NCBI GenBank assembly: GCA_964247055.1 | Contig: OZ176050.1 | Coordinates: 5,518,001 to 5,582,000, forward strand | DNA: 64,000 nucleotides | Direction: 5' to 3' | Origin: Paragordius varius | Taxonomy: Eukaryota > Animalia > Nematomorpha | Shown: positions 51,301 through 64,000 of the stretch, in pieces | How the letters are laid out: each line of letters opens with the position of its first letter | How positions within the stretch are numbered: the first letter of the stretch is position 1 | Position numbers and translations under genes: made by a program | The notes under the pieces: model-generated | What the model saw: only the letters and a program-made list of their open reading frames with translations | Database searches by the model: none | What the model was told of the DNA's origin: nothing

Positions 51301-54300
51301 GTGGAAATTAAATAAATTATTTTAATTTAATTATATTGTCAATACTAAAGTATATTATCCAAGCCTCGGTAATTTGCTTCTAAATAGCCCAGACTTAATT
51401 AAAGTTAAAATTTTAAGTAAACTACTGAAGGAAACGGTCCTAATTTAAATTTACCCTTCTATACTAATAAAGCCAATATATCTTAAGAAAATTTGTTTTA
51501 AAAAAAACTTCCATGTCAAACTAATTCGACGCTATATTTGTTTTACAAAACTTTCTCAAAATATCGTTTTCATATTATAAGGGTAAAACTAAGGATAATT
51601 TTTTATATAAATTATATCTAAAATTGATAGAAATAAAAAAGCGGGTTATTTTGCGTTATTTTTCAATATTACCATTGCACACATGTCATATCGACTAAAT
51701 TTTTACCTTTGGGTTTTACCTTAAAATATGTAATATCAAGTATTTTTGAAAAAATTTTAATATATTCCGGTTTATTGATGTTCTATAAGTGCAAAATTTT
51801 ACAATGGTTTTGATTCTTCCCATATTTTTTAAAAATTTAATTTTAAACAGGCCTGGGGTATCCAACTACCCCAATTTGCGAAGGACTAAAATGAATGTGT
51901 TGTATCCAAGTGTTTAAATACAAGCTCAGATGACAAATTGATAATGCCATTCTATTCTAATTAAAAATTAATTTCAAAAATATAGTCCACTCTTCACAAA
52001 ATCCAAAATAAATATAATTGTTTTTAAATATAAATTTTATGTTGTTTAAACAAAATTAGAATGTGCCTGCAATGTTTCCAATACCGTTGACGAATTTTGT
52101 ACATTTATGGGTTGCCAATGCAAAAATGGGTTTTATGGAAGACATTGTAACAATAGTAAAGCCATAAATTTTATAGGACATGCTATCTTTCATTGTGTTT
52201 AAGGATGTCTGTGCGTAGCATCAAACACTATAAATGGCGAATGCCTTCATGGGCAATGCAAATGTAAACCCAATTTTTATGGTCTGTACTGTGAAAAATG
52301 TAAAATTTTATGCCTTATTGAGAACCTTATAAAAATAAGTGTTTTATAATGACATTAATATTAGCGACACTCTGCAGAATTTAGGCAGTTGTAAGTTATA
52401 AATACAAAAGCCATTATATCTATATAAGTTTGTAAAAAGGCTTTAAGCAATATAAAACGGACTGACCTTTTCCTCATTATAGTAGAGCATCTTTTTGATT
52501 TGCCCTGTGTATAACCTCATTAGTTTTTTCCGGACAATGTATACTATTTCCCAGTCTAATTAAACGTTTTCCCAATCAATCGAAACATTTTCCCAATCAA
52601 TCGAAACGTTTTTCCAGTCAATCGAAACGTTTTCCCAGTCAATCGAAACATTTTCCCAATCAATAAAAACATTTACCCAATCAATAAAAACGTTTTCCCA
52701 GTCAATATAAACGGTTTTATTTTTAATGATAAATATCAACAAGATATTAACATAACTTTTAACCATTATCAGCCTAATTATAATTGTAATTTTTAAAAAA
52801 ACACAATTATAGAATGACAATTTTTCAATTATATTCCAGTGCACAATCATTAATGACATATTCTTTAAAAGTTATATTTTTTGGAATTTGAGATATTTTG
52901 AAGATAATATTTTTTACATCGATTCGCATTACTATTTGCGAACTTATAAAATCTATTACGGATGAAATAATAAAATTTATAAAAATATACCATTTTTATC
53001 TCAAATTTTTTAAACATGTCAAGTTTGTGGATAAAAGTACTGTCTTAAAAATATCTATAAAAAACATGTTTTTTAAAATATATTTTCGGCCGCATTTTTA
53101 ACTCAAAAGCACGGCTTTCGGCATTTAAAATATATACGGGCATTCTTTAACAATTTATTCGATTTTAGACGTAGGACTGTGAACTACAAACACAATATAA
53201 CAATTTATTTTAATTCCTTGCCAATTTAATAGACTTATATTCAGAATAATTGCGTAAGAAATATGAATTTCACAAAGATATTGTGGGCATATTTTTGCAT
53301 ATGGATTTCCAAATTTTTCGCGAGCTGCACAAAAATTTCGGAGGGCCGCGTTTGGCCACTCCTGGACCTGATAAATATTATATAAATTAGGGTATTTATG
53401 TTTATAATATCGAATATTAAGCGTTAAATGATTTTATGCGTAACTACAGACTTTATAAGTTAGTCTCGAATATTAATGCGAACCATTGATGAAATAAAAA
53501 ATTTATTAAATATTTTTTCTTAAAAACCATAAAATATTCATCCAGTTAATAAAATATAGCATTTAAAAAATAAGTCATTAATGATTGCGCATTGGAATAT
53601 AATTGGAAAAATTATTATTCAATAATTGTGTTTTTATAAAAAATAATCCCCTAATATTACGCTGATAATGGTTCAAAGTTATTTTTTAATCATTTGATAA
53701 TTATCAATAATAAAACCGTTTTTATTGACTGGGAAACGTTTTTATTGATTGGGAAAACGTTTTTATTGACTGGGAAAACGTTTTTATTGACTGGGAAAAT
53801 GTTTCTATTGACTGGCAAAATGTTTCGATTGACTGGGAAAACGTTTCGATTGACTGGGAAAACATTTCGAGGGACTCGGAAAATGTTTCGATTGACTGGG
53901 AAAACGTTTTTTTGACTGGGAAATGGTATATATCCTCCGATCATGGTCAATCTTCATTTTTAATCTTTCCAGTATCCTGTCCATCTATATATACTAACTG
54001 TTAATATCACCCTTGAACAATTCGAATTCACCCTTGAACAATTCGAATTCACACTTGAACAAATTAAACTTACCCTAAAAATAAATTATGTGTCTTCGAA
54101 CTAATATAACTTATTATTATTATAAAATATTTGGTGTAATTTATTATTTTTTCATTATAAATAATTTTATTGAGGGAGAATTTAGTTGTTAAAGGGACAT
54201 TTGTTCGAGGGTGAATTTAAAATGTTCAGGGGTGGATATGAGTTTAAGGGTAAATATGAATTGTAAATGGTATATTTTCCGATTCACAAATTTTTGTTTT

Positions 54301-57300
54301 GACTTCACAGAAATGCATGACAGGGCATATCTATTTATAAATAAACTTAAACCAATTCTACCTTATATTAAAAAAGCCGTATATTATTATCAATTTTTAG
54401 TAATAGTATTTGACATTCTGAACACACTTACAAAAAAGTGCCTAAAATTATTATAAATAAAAAATTTAATTGGATATATATTCGTAAATTATATATTATT
54501 CAATTTACATTTTATATTTTCTTTCAGTCCTCTGGAAAGTAGGTGGCGATCGAATAACTAAGACCAATAAAATTTATAATAAATTATTGTATTAAAATAT
54601 TATGTTAAAATATATATAAAGCAATATTGTTCTAACATTATGATTAGTTTATTGTAAAATATAATTTGAATATGTTTTTTTCAAGTTAAGTCATTTTTTG
54701 TTTTTTTATTACATTTTTTAAGTGGCTCTATATGAATATACCATGTATATAAAATTATTTTGTTAAGCCTGTAATTGTCCCCGTTTCAATAATTGTGACA
54801 ATGAAGGCCAATGTATGTGTACATTCAATTATTACGGGAAAACATGCACTGAAAGTAAAATATATTTATTAAATTTGTTCATAAATTTTAATGATTATAG
54901 GACTAGTATAGATCGAATTTAATGACCTGTTCCTTATAATTTTATGGACGGGTTAACCCAAAATTATAATTTTGTAAAAATAAGGAAAGCGAGAATACAT
55001 ATCAGTGGTACTCACCAAAAAAATTTGACGGTCCAAATAAAATACATTTTTTTAGAGGGCCATGAATCTTGTAATGGCAAATATTCTATACCTATTTGAC
55101 ACATATGCACTATTTATACTCTAAATCAGCATAATAAATTTTGCGGATCACATGTGAATCGAGAAATATCGTTTTGCACTGGTTAATTAAAAAATTTAAA
55201 TATTTGATAACAATATTAATTTTGATATCCAAAAATTTTTGACAAATTTCATTTCGCCGCATGACAGGCCAATCTTAATACGTCGTCCATATGATCATCG
55301 ATTAAGCGATTTCTGTATGTATTCTTGGCATACTTCATTGAATATGCGGTCTCACTAGTGTAAGTTGAGGGGAAACAGTTAGGATATCTTGAGCACATTT
55401 TTTTATATTGTCATATTTATTTGGCACATCTTGCAAAAACTCTACATATCTTTCTTCTCTACGATTCTCCTTAAATATAGCCTCCTAATAGGAATCATTT
55501 CTAAAATCTACGAATTCTTCAATGATATGCGCCTGATCAAAACCAAAATGCTCAAGTTGCTTTATATTGGATACCATATGCCATGAATTTTCAACGAGTT
55601 TTAAGCTATTTTTAATATTTTCTTATTCTTGAAATCTAAATTTCATCTCATTAGATAAAAATATTAAATAATTGTTCATTATTAAATTTAAATTCCATTA
55701 GCAAATTGGATTATTATTTTGCTCCCTTGACTTGTATTAAATATACTATTATAAGTAATGACGCAAAGGTAGGCTAATAACCCATCATTTGTGACTATTT
55801 ATTTCCTCGTCAAACTTTCTGTTAGCATTTATAAATAATATTTCACGTCTCTAAACAAAAAATCTATTTAATACTTTGCTAAGGCTTAGCTATCTCACAG
55901 CGGTGTACAAAAGAATATCGTCAAACTCACTGTGGATATCTTTCAGAGGGTATTTGTATTTATGGCGGTTGAATTCTCTGCCACTGATGTGGTTAACTAT
56001 ATCCACTTTTAATTACTGAATAGTGATTCATCTTTTACATGCTAAGCCAAGTTATCTAATTAATAAAGCAGTGAAAGGATTAAGTATTTTGCAAATATTT
56101 GTTTTTCAAAATAGGAATAAATCATTTGTTTATTCCAATCATAGAGGGACAGCCATGTGCAGATCAAAACTAATTTTTTCATAGATATACCATTAATATC
56201 GAAAAAAGTGCTAATTATTTCTAGGAAATCACATTCTTTCGTTGGTATTATTCATTGGTAAAAATTTAAATATTCCTCGTTCATTATGTTGTCGTTGCAA
56301 AATCTCACGAACAGCGCACATTGAGATGTTGAACTAATATCAGTACTAGAATAGATAGCAAAACTAAAATATATGCAGTTTTTCAGAGCCCATAATGTAT
56401 TGTTAAAAATATATTTGGACATATATTCAATGCGTCGAGCACACGTTGGATCAGAAAGTTGAAGTTTTTAATTTGCCTCATGATTTGATCTTTATAATGG
56501 AATTTATCAAATAAAAAAAGTGCAACCATCTATTATACATTCTTTTATTAGTTGGGAATCAAACGGTTTCATATTTTTTCTTAAAATATAGCAAAATTAA
56601 TGGAAGCTAATGTTACAGCTTTTTCTGGGAGAAAGCTATGAAAATAATAGATTTTTCTTTTTGATATAATTCCTTGATCTTTTTTTTAGTTTTTTTCCTT
56701 ATGATTTTCTGGTAATTTGTGAAAATGAAGGATTTTAAAATGTTTTTCAAATGTTGTCCTTACATATATGGCAGGAACAACATTTTTATTTAAAACGACA
56801 ATTTTTTCTTCCCATTCTCTTCTTAAAAGGAGCGATTTCGGATAATTTGCGTTTTTTAACATTAGATGTCATCCTTTAAATTTATGTTTAAATATTATGT
56901 AAATTTTTTCAAAGAAGGAATATAATTTAAATTATGTTATAAAAAAATAGGTCGAAAATTAATAATGTTGATTTAAATATTTTATAGGAATGAGTTATAA
57001 AAAAATGATGCAGGATAGCAATTAATAGAATAATGCAAGTTTGGGTGAACGGCTTGCTTAAATACAAAAAAGAATGCTTTAATTTCAAAATAGAAAGTAA
57101 TAGAATGCAGAAACAACGTGTGCCAAAATTTTGCATTCATTTTAATGTATGAAAATTTCATTACATTAAATGGTAAAAATAAAAATTACCAAATTTAATC
57201 TAAAGAAAATAAATTGATATCAAAATAAGCAAAATCCGTTCATGTGTATTTTAAAAATTTATCGCATGCAGCCCGCGGGCCGCGGTTCGAGTATCACTGA

Positions 57301-60300
57301 TATATATAGGTGTCACTGGGATCTAATTTGTATTTTTAAAAATAATATTTTTAAGGTTTCGAATCCAAAGTAAATGGAGCTTAAACGTCTTATAAGTTAT
57401 AAAGAAAAAGGCAAAAATATAAGAATAATAGTGTTTTTTCAATATTTTTCTCATATGGATTGTGTAAAATTTTCCCCTATTATTAAAATATTAGAAACGA
57501 CAAAATGGAACCAGTAAAGATCTTTTAATAGTTTACCTAAAACTGTTTTGGGGTTTGTTTTCACGGTTTAAGAGCCCAAATTTAATAATATTAAATTAAT
57601 TTCAAATAAATCATAGAATGTACATTGTTTATTAAGAAACCTTTCAACGATATATGAGCTATCCTGCATTCCTAACCAAATATGTTAATTACTAAAGCAA
57701 TTAATAACTATTTATAAAATGTGAAAAAAAACATTTTAAATAACGGTTTAAATACCTACAATCATAAAGCTATGCGAGATTAAACCAAATTCCATTATAT
57801 AAAAATGTTTTTAAAGATAACTTATTTTTTATATTTTTACCTACATGGGTTATTTTAGTTCAATTATTGTCATGAAAATTAAACCAAAGAATTTTGCTCG
57901 AATTGTGAAAATATGTTAACACGGTTACCTTTTCATTTTTTGTCCTAGTTTACATATTGGGTAGGTTCATAAGCCAGTGCTTGAAAATGTTAAAGACAGT
58001 TTCGATTGTGTAGTTAAAATTTAATTATCAAACATTGTTTTCATTAGTAGATAAAAAACTTATACTTTACAGTTTTGGACTTCTAGAAAGTGGGACAGCT
58101 CCAAAACACGATTGAAAAAAGTAGCTGATTTAAAATCAAAATATATTAAAATGTATATAGCCTGAGGGCTTTCTTAGTTAATTATTTACATATTCTAACG
58201 AAAATGTATATCTATAGGCCCTTTGCATTAGCGAATTAAAAAAAATAGAAAAAAATGGCGGCAAAAAACATTTATTTGTATAATGCGCCTAAAAGGCTAA
58301 AAATGCATATTTTTATTGGCTTCTTACCTTAAAACCTTTTCTGAGATATACGAATTTCAAATCATTTTGTTATCTAAAACTACCCCAAAAAGCATATACA
58401 TTTTCACTTTTGGCCGATTTTGATTTTCATTCAATATTTCAAAAATTAGGTCGTCAACAAATTAAAATATTTGCGGCAAATGAATTTACTGGTCATAAGC
58501 TATCCCATGAATAAAATTACCCTTATTTTTGCACACAGTGTTATAATGAAGCTATATAAAAAGACATATTTTCATTATTGAAGTTAGTTGGTGGCTAGTT
58601 AAGCCAATGTTAAAAACAAAGGTTAAAAATATTTTTATGATTTATTTGAAAACAATCTGACCCATGTTAAAATAAATACGAGTACGTACTTATACTTACG
58701 TCCTTATTTTTTACTTATGCTTACATCTTTCAATAAATATCATACATTCATCATAAGTCTCCTAGTAGACTTGTTAAAATTTCAAAATCTTATTGATATA
58801 AATAAGCGATAATAATTCCAATCATCTTGGTTTTAATCTTGGTGAAAAAGATTATATTCTGCGACCAAAATTTTAAAAATAATTCATTTCTGACAATCGA
58901 TTGTCAAAAAAAGAATAAATTATATTTAAATTGTGGATCCATGAATACTGAAATGTCTCCAAAGCCGTTGTTATATTAATCCGAAAGTATTTGAATTGTA
59001 CAAAAATATATATATTCATATTAAACAATATTTTTTATAAATTATAACTGGGAAAATGGTAATTTTGTTATTAATATAAAAAGTTAGAAACTAAATAATA
59101 TTTTTAATTAACAGGATGTCATTGCATAAACTCTGCCACGAATGAATGTGATTTTCAAGGCAATTGTAAATGTCTACCTGGTTTCTATGGAAAACACTGT
59201 GATTTAAGTATAACCTAAATTTTTATATTAACTTAAATATTGAACAATCGCGATGGCTCTAAATTGCTATTGTTGTTGCTTAAGTCGATTTCGACTAAGT
59301 GCAACCTGAAAAATCCACTCATTGCGAATACCAGTTTAGTTCGGCAAATGTTTGGCATGTTTCTTAAGGGATTTTATCCATCCAATGAATTCTTCTTCTC
59401 CCTCTTGTACGAGCACCACTCACTTTTTCCAGCATGAGTGACTAATCGAGTGAGTTGATTCTCATAATCTGGCCGAAGTAGAAAAGAGTAATTTTGGGCG
59501 TATTAGGCTGCTAGAAACATTTCGGGATTGATTTTGTTGAAAATAGTGCAGTTGGGTATTTACTCTGACTATTTTGTTTGGAGAAGTTTCTTCCAAACCC
59601 ATATTTGGAAAGAATTTATTAATCGTACGCTATATTTCTTCAATGCTTCCGCACCCATATAGCAATTTGGGGTATACGGTCTTGATTAATATTTTTTTGG
59701 TTATTAATATGATAACATGCGCAAATCTTTTTGTATTTGAATATAACTGCTTTTGCAATGGCATTTCTTCGCTTTTATTCGGGAGTAGAGTTGTTGTCAT
59801 TTCTATACTTTCCAAATACGTGTAGCTGTTTACGGTTTCAATGATTTCCGGTGAGTATTTGGAGATAGAACCAAGCTTTGGCGTAAGTTGACTTGAACCT
59901 ACATATATCAGTTTAACCGTGAGGAGTAGATACTATAGCCGCGAAATATAAGTAAATTGAAATATGACGTTGATTAAATGGGTTGATACTCAAAGTTGTT
60001 TTAGGGATGATTTTGTAATTTATTGTTTCAGATATAAAATGCTTTGGAAAAATCAACAAAGCACGCAGTTCTTTGTATGTTTCTCGAGTCTTCCACCTCA
60101 TATGGCATATCATTATTCGGCATCCTCTTCCTTTTCGAAAACCTATGAATTGTGGATATCTCAGGATCAAAAATGACATTTAGTCGAACCTGTATTATTT
60201 TTAGGAAAATTATGGACACCTGGTTAATGAGCGCTATGGTGCGATAATTGTGGCACAGTTCTGGATTACTTTTTAAAATAGGATTATAATTGATTAAGCA

Positions 60301-62921
60301 TCAGGAATTATTTCCATATCAAATATATTTTGGAATAATATAGTTAGTATATCGATCGGAATATACTAGAGTGTTTAATAGCATATTCAACTTCTTTCAT
60401 TATAGGTGGGTCTTTCTCTTGAGTAGGTTCGTTGATAATCTGATAGCTATTACATATGTAAGCGACTGATAAAAATTAATTATGTTATTTTATAAAATTT
60501 AAATAATCTATTAGAAAGTGGTTTTAACAGTGATCCAACATATTTTTTTCTTTTGGACTTTATTAAACTCAACAAAAATATGACTAAAATGCAAATCATG
60601 AACATTTTAAAAATAAGGATGAGTAAATAATTTGTTGCTCGTCTAATGTTTTGTACTTCGATGTACCTTATAACTTTGCGTGAAAATTATAATCCAAATT
60701 TATAATTATCCAATTAAGAAAGAACACTTACCAATTTTTTATTAGTTATGGCATTTGTGTAATAAAAATTTGATAAATATATTTTCATTTTGAGGTTAAT
60801 TAAGGTATATCCTCTTTAGGATGCAGATGCAACCCTAATGTATCGTATGGGGATTGCGATATCTTTGGCCACTGCAATTGTAAACCGGGTTTTAACGGAT
60901 TTTATTGTCAATCTGGTAAGTATTTAGTATTATTTTAGCAAGATCATCTATATTAAGAATGATTATTTAATTTATAAAATTTTAGAGGACCTATATTGTG
61001 GGAGACATTATTACGGTAACTGGAATTATAATGGCACTGATCAATCAATTCCGAATTGGCCATCAAACATTGTTGTATCTCCATGGTTTTAATATATAAT
61101 TTGTATATACGACCCCGTGCTTGCCCCCCTGCCGTCTCAATTATTTGAAATAAAGCTCATTATCCGCATGCTGACCCTTTTTTAAATAATATAAAATATT
61201 TTTATTTATTTTTAAATAATCTAATAATTACTATCTACACAAAAATATTGATATGTTTTTTTTTTCAATCTTATTAAAACTAAATAAATATATATTTAAA
61301 AATCTATTACAATACAATATACTATATATTACATGCAGGCTAGCCCGAGTTTTTTATGCTGGTGATGAAGTATGTTCGGGCGTTATTGTTAACGAATATT
61401 ACGTTCTTTCAACCACATTGTGTTTACCAAACAATAATAATTTAAGTTTTGCGGATTTTTACGTGAAGGTTGGAGATGTTTCCCAATATCATTGGGATGT
61501 TTCTGAATCCGTTTACGATGTAGAGACAATGTTCGTGCATAGTAAGAAAATATTGAAATAATGTAAACTTATGATATTCATAGCTTCACTATATGCTTAT
61601 AATGTTCTAAAATAGAGCTTATAATTAAAAGAGTATCAGATTTTGATTCAGGGTTAAACTAGCGGGTGCTTTTTTGAGATAATTATTTCATTGAAGAATA
61701 TAAATTATTTTCGACACGTGAATAGTATAAAAATATGGAAATTTATTTAAAACGTGTCATAGAATAAATAAAATTCGAACGGTTTCGGACATTTTAACGT
61801 GTGTCCGTCCTCAGCGTGACTTCTATAACGGACCGGTTTGTACAATGTTTATTTAGTTTGTGTATTTAAATATTGTTCCTATATACATCTCTGATACCAC
61901 AGCCGGTTTTATTTTGTATATATAAATTAAAATATTTTATTAGGATTTGGCATATTGGACTTTTTATTAGAGTTGAATAATTTTTTTATCATAAGTTTAA
62001 AGATAAATTTAGCTAATAAATATAAATCAAATTTACATCCCAAATTGTTTTATTTTTTAGGGTATATTTAACAAGACGATTGAAAAAATTGATTATTATT
62101 TTACCAATTTAAATTTATTGAATTAGAGTCATTTCTAAAAATATAGTGCTAATTAATTATTCCTTTGGGGTTAGAATATCTATGCTAAAATCACGCTATA
62201 CTTACGAGCTTATAAAAAAAGATTAATCTATGGATTAAAGACTACAAATTACTTAGTTATTTGAACCTTGTATTACATAATGATAAAGTGAATAAATAAT
62301 CTACCTATGTAAGTTGCATAAAGTGTAGAAATTATAACCTACAGTTATTTCAGGATGATTTGATTTATAAAAATCGTTTTGATTCATTCCATAGATTCTG
62401 CAAGATCATCCAATAATTATTCATTTATGTCAAACAAATCGCAACTGTGGAACATGCTTTATGGTCAAATGATCCCACGTCCTCTGCTAATCAAAATTAA
62501 AACACTTGGAAACGAAATTATCAGGGGATTCAGATTTAACAGCTTTTGCCAACCCATTTGTTTAACTGACGCACCATTCAATGTAGTTGGTTATATGACA
62601 AGTTTCGGAATGGCAAGTTCATTACTTTAATGTTTACTGCATAATGATTTAAATTTTTTTCTCCTTTAATAAAAATCATCGTTAAAACTTTAATCATCAA
62701 TCTAATTAATATAGTTTTCTACTTTTTAGATCAATACAAATACAAGTCCTTACTCAAAATTAGTCGTGTCAAAAAAATTTCATCCATTTTATGTCCTTTT
62801 ATGAATAGTATATTAGATATTAGAACAGTAGTATGTTTGAAAAGCATTTCCACATATCCCGAGAATGTTTATAGTTTGTGTATGGATGAAGTGGGAAGCC
62901 CAGTTATCAGCATTGTAAATG
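48306..62921 (+). CDS. Secreted protein: signal peptide, 6 EGF-like (laminin-EGF-like, 6-Cys) repeats and a catalytically dead trypsin-like domain; final exon(s) not found, probably beyond the window
   Basis: Exons 48306-48357 (MMFKLILSYVIILTVDQ); EGF exons 49376-49489, 52060-52155, 52204-52299, 54768-54854, 59115-59207, 60820-60915 (all phase 1-1, CxC...C...CxC...G..C); 60986-61085 (DLYCGRH...SPW); 61339-61541 (LARVFY..VCSGVIVNEYYVLSTTLC); 62395-62616 (PRPLLIKI..FNSFCQPICL..MTSFG); 62730-62921 (LC..VC..CMDEVGSPVISIVN). All GT-AG and in frame. Linking the signal-peptide exon to the rest is inferred, and small exons could have been missed. Confidence 0.8.
50662..51932. mobile_element. Head-to-head pair of the ~550-bp MITE (copies B 50662-51245 and C ~51370-51932) forming a ~1.27-kb fold-back in intron 2 of the EGF gene
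   Basis: The arms are reverse complements along their whole length, e.g. AACACTTGGATACAACAC / GTGTTGTATCCAAGTGTT and GGACCGTTTCCTTCAGTAG / CTACTGAAGGAAACGGTCC. Confidence 0.85.
52544..53926. mobile_element. Foldback-type element with ~330-370 bp TIRs built on a 21-bp subrepeat, flanked by TA
   Basis: TA|CTATTTCCCAGTC ... GACTGGGAAATGG|TA. There are 8 left and 10 right copies of TTGA(C/T)TGGGAAAACGTTT(TT/CG)A in inverted orientation, followed by inverted unique sequence (52715-52870 versus 53565-53720). Confidence 0.85.
54005..54250. repeat. Short inverted-repeat element with 21-bp tandem subunits (TTCACCCTTGAACAATTCGAA x3)
   Basis: Three tandem units at ~54005-54065. Degenerate inverted copies TGTTCGAGGGTGAA and TGTTCAGGGGTGGA lie at ~54200-54240. 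Confidence 0.55.
55003..57299 (-). mobile_element. Full-length decayed hAT (Charlie/Buster-type) DNA transposon with a transposase pseudogene (~56872 to ~55250, minus)
   Basis: TIRs CAGTGGTACTC and GAGTATCACTG; near-perfect 8-bp TSD ATACATAT / ATATATAT. The broken minus-strand translation has MTSNVKKRKL, CARRIEYMS, STDISSTSQCALFVRF, IVNHISGREFNRHKY, DILLYTAVR*LSLSKVLNRFF, all typical of Buster/SPIN/GTF2IRD2-like transposases. Confidence 0.88.
59265..60240 (-). mobile_element. Decayed, internally deleted RTE LINE in an intron of the EGF gene
   Basis: Minus-strand motifs GFRKGRGCR, FVDFSKAF, YTYLES, LIKTVYPKLLYGC, EKVSGARTRGRRRIHWMDKI, followed by a (CAA)n-like tail. Confidence 0.85.
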
Positions 62922-63171
62922 GTAAGTTTTTTAAAATACTGCTATAGTTATATGTTAAAGTTTGAATATATATTATCAAATTAAATATAGATTTTGCAAC
63001 TGAATACCACCTTTAATTTTTTTGAAACTTGATAATCCAGTTTTATATATTACTTTATTAACAAAACCTTTTATTTTAATTCATGCTAAATATTAATGAC
63101 AAAATTAAATGGACATTACTAATAATTTTAAACATAACCTTTAATACATAAGATAGCGTATAGTATTTTAC

Positions 63172-63386
63172 CAGGGCTTGGAACCGGAACCGGAACCTAG
63201 TTCCTGGGATTTTAACAAGAACCGGTTCCATTGAGATGGAACCAACGCTTTCATTTCCCCGGGAACCACCCCGGGTCCGGTTCCAATATTTAAGGAAACA
63301 TCCCGGTTCTAACTATAATCTTTTTGGAACCAACCCGGTTCCGGTTCCAACCGTTCAGGAACAAACCCTGTTCCGTTTCCACCCCC
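63172..63386. mobile_element. GC-rich hAT-like MITE with GGAACC/GGTTCC subterminal repeats
   Basis: Starts CAGGGCTTGGAACCGGAACCGG and ends GTTCCGTTTCCACCCCT, with many GGAACC and GGTTCC motifs arranged as inverted repeats. No TSD recognised. Confidence 0.7.
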
Positions 63387-64000
63387 TTAATTTTTATTAT
63401 ACAGTAAAAAGTGAAATTATACTGACGAAAAATATAAAACTTTTCACAAAGATCTTGATTTTTTTTAAATATAACTCTTTTTTTTAATCTACAAGGTATA
63501 ATACAGAAATGTAAATTTGTAATATAATAAATTATATTTACAATATTAATTAATAGTTTATATAGGATTATTAAGGTTTAAAAAAGTATGGTTGTCTTTT
63601 GAAAAAAAATTGTCTTTACATTTTTATATTTTGTCCGTATAATATCAATTATTACTGTAAAAATTTTATTCTATTATTTAAATTTGATTGTACCATTACA
63701 TATTATATACTTCAAACTTTAAACCTAAAACTAAGCGCCTTATATTATATTAGCGATACTTTCTGAATTTTGGGCGATTGGGCTGTTCTAAAAAAAGTAA
63801 TAGTCATAAGTCGAGTTTATTTATAATACATATGTTCGAGGATATAGGTCTCCGTTGGGAATTTTTTTACCCTTAATTTAATATTTTTAGACAGAAGCAG
63901 TTTGACCAGCGATTTTTATGGTGCAATAATTTTTTTTTAATAAGTTTTGTTAAATGCCATACTTAATTTAACTCTCAATTTATACCTTTGTACTTATACA

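Noticed and set aside
52156-52176. 21-nt micro-intron (GTAAAGCCATAAATTTTATAG) in the EGF gene
   Set aside because: Using this acceptor gives an in-frame TAA; the 48-nt intron ending at 52203 restores the EGF repeat.
52560-53950. Repetitive ORFs (WENVSID..., FPVNRNV..., LTGKTF...)
   Set aside because: Artefacts of the 21-nt (7-codon) TIR subrepeat of the foldback element.
63236-63487. 83-aa Pro-rich ORF
   Set aside because: Read through a GC-rich hAT-like MITE inside an intron; no protein motif.

Overview
AT-rich eukaryotic genomic DNA with the standard genetic code, very probably from an animal. Bases 1-27.8 kb are a tandem satellite with a 62-bp unit (~448 copies, running off the left edge). 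The array contains multi-kb internal duplications, two copies of a 124-bp foreign insert and one 174-bp inverted segment. A decayed RTE LINE follows the array. Three spliced genes were then built by hand. ISY1 (+, 5 exons, 265 aa) and an AFG2/SPATA5-type double-AAA ATPase (-, 15 exons, 739 aa) end tail-to-tail only 36 bp apart. The third is a secreted protein (+, at least 11 exons, probably running off the right edge) with six EGF-like repeats and a trypsin-like domain lacking all three catalytic residues. The most striking signal is intron architecture. Five 23-25 nt GT-AG micro-introns, all phase 1 and all non-3n, sit at the 5' ends of the two housekeeping genes. The other introns of those genes are 84-1694 nt, and several of the long ones hold RTE LINE fragments, MITEs or fold-back elements. 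Long introns of the third gene also carry a hAT element. All calls come from manual reading and translation; no database searches were run.
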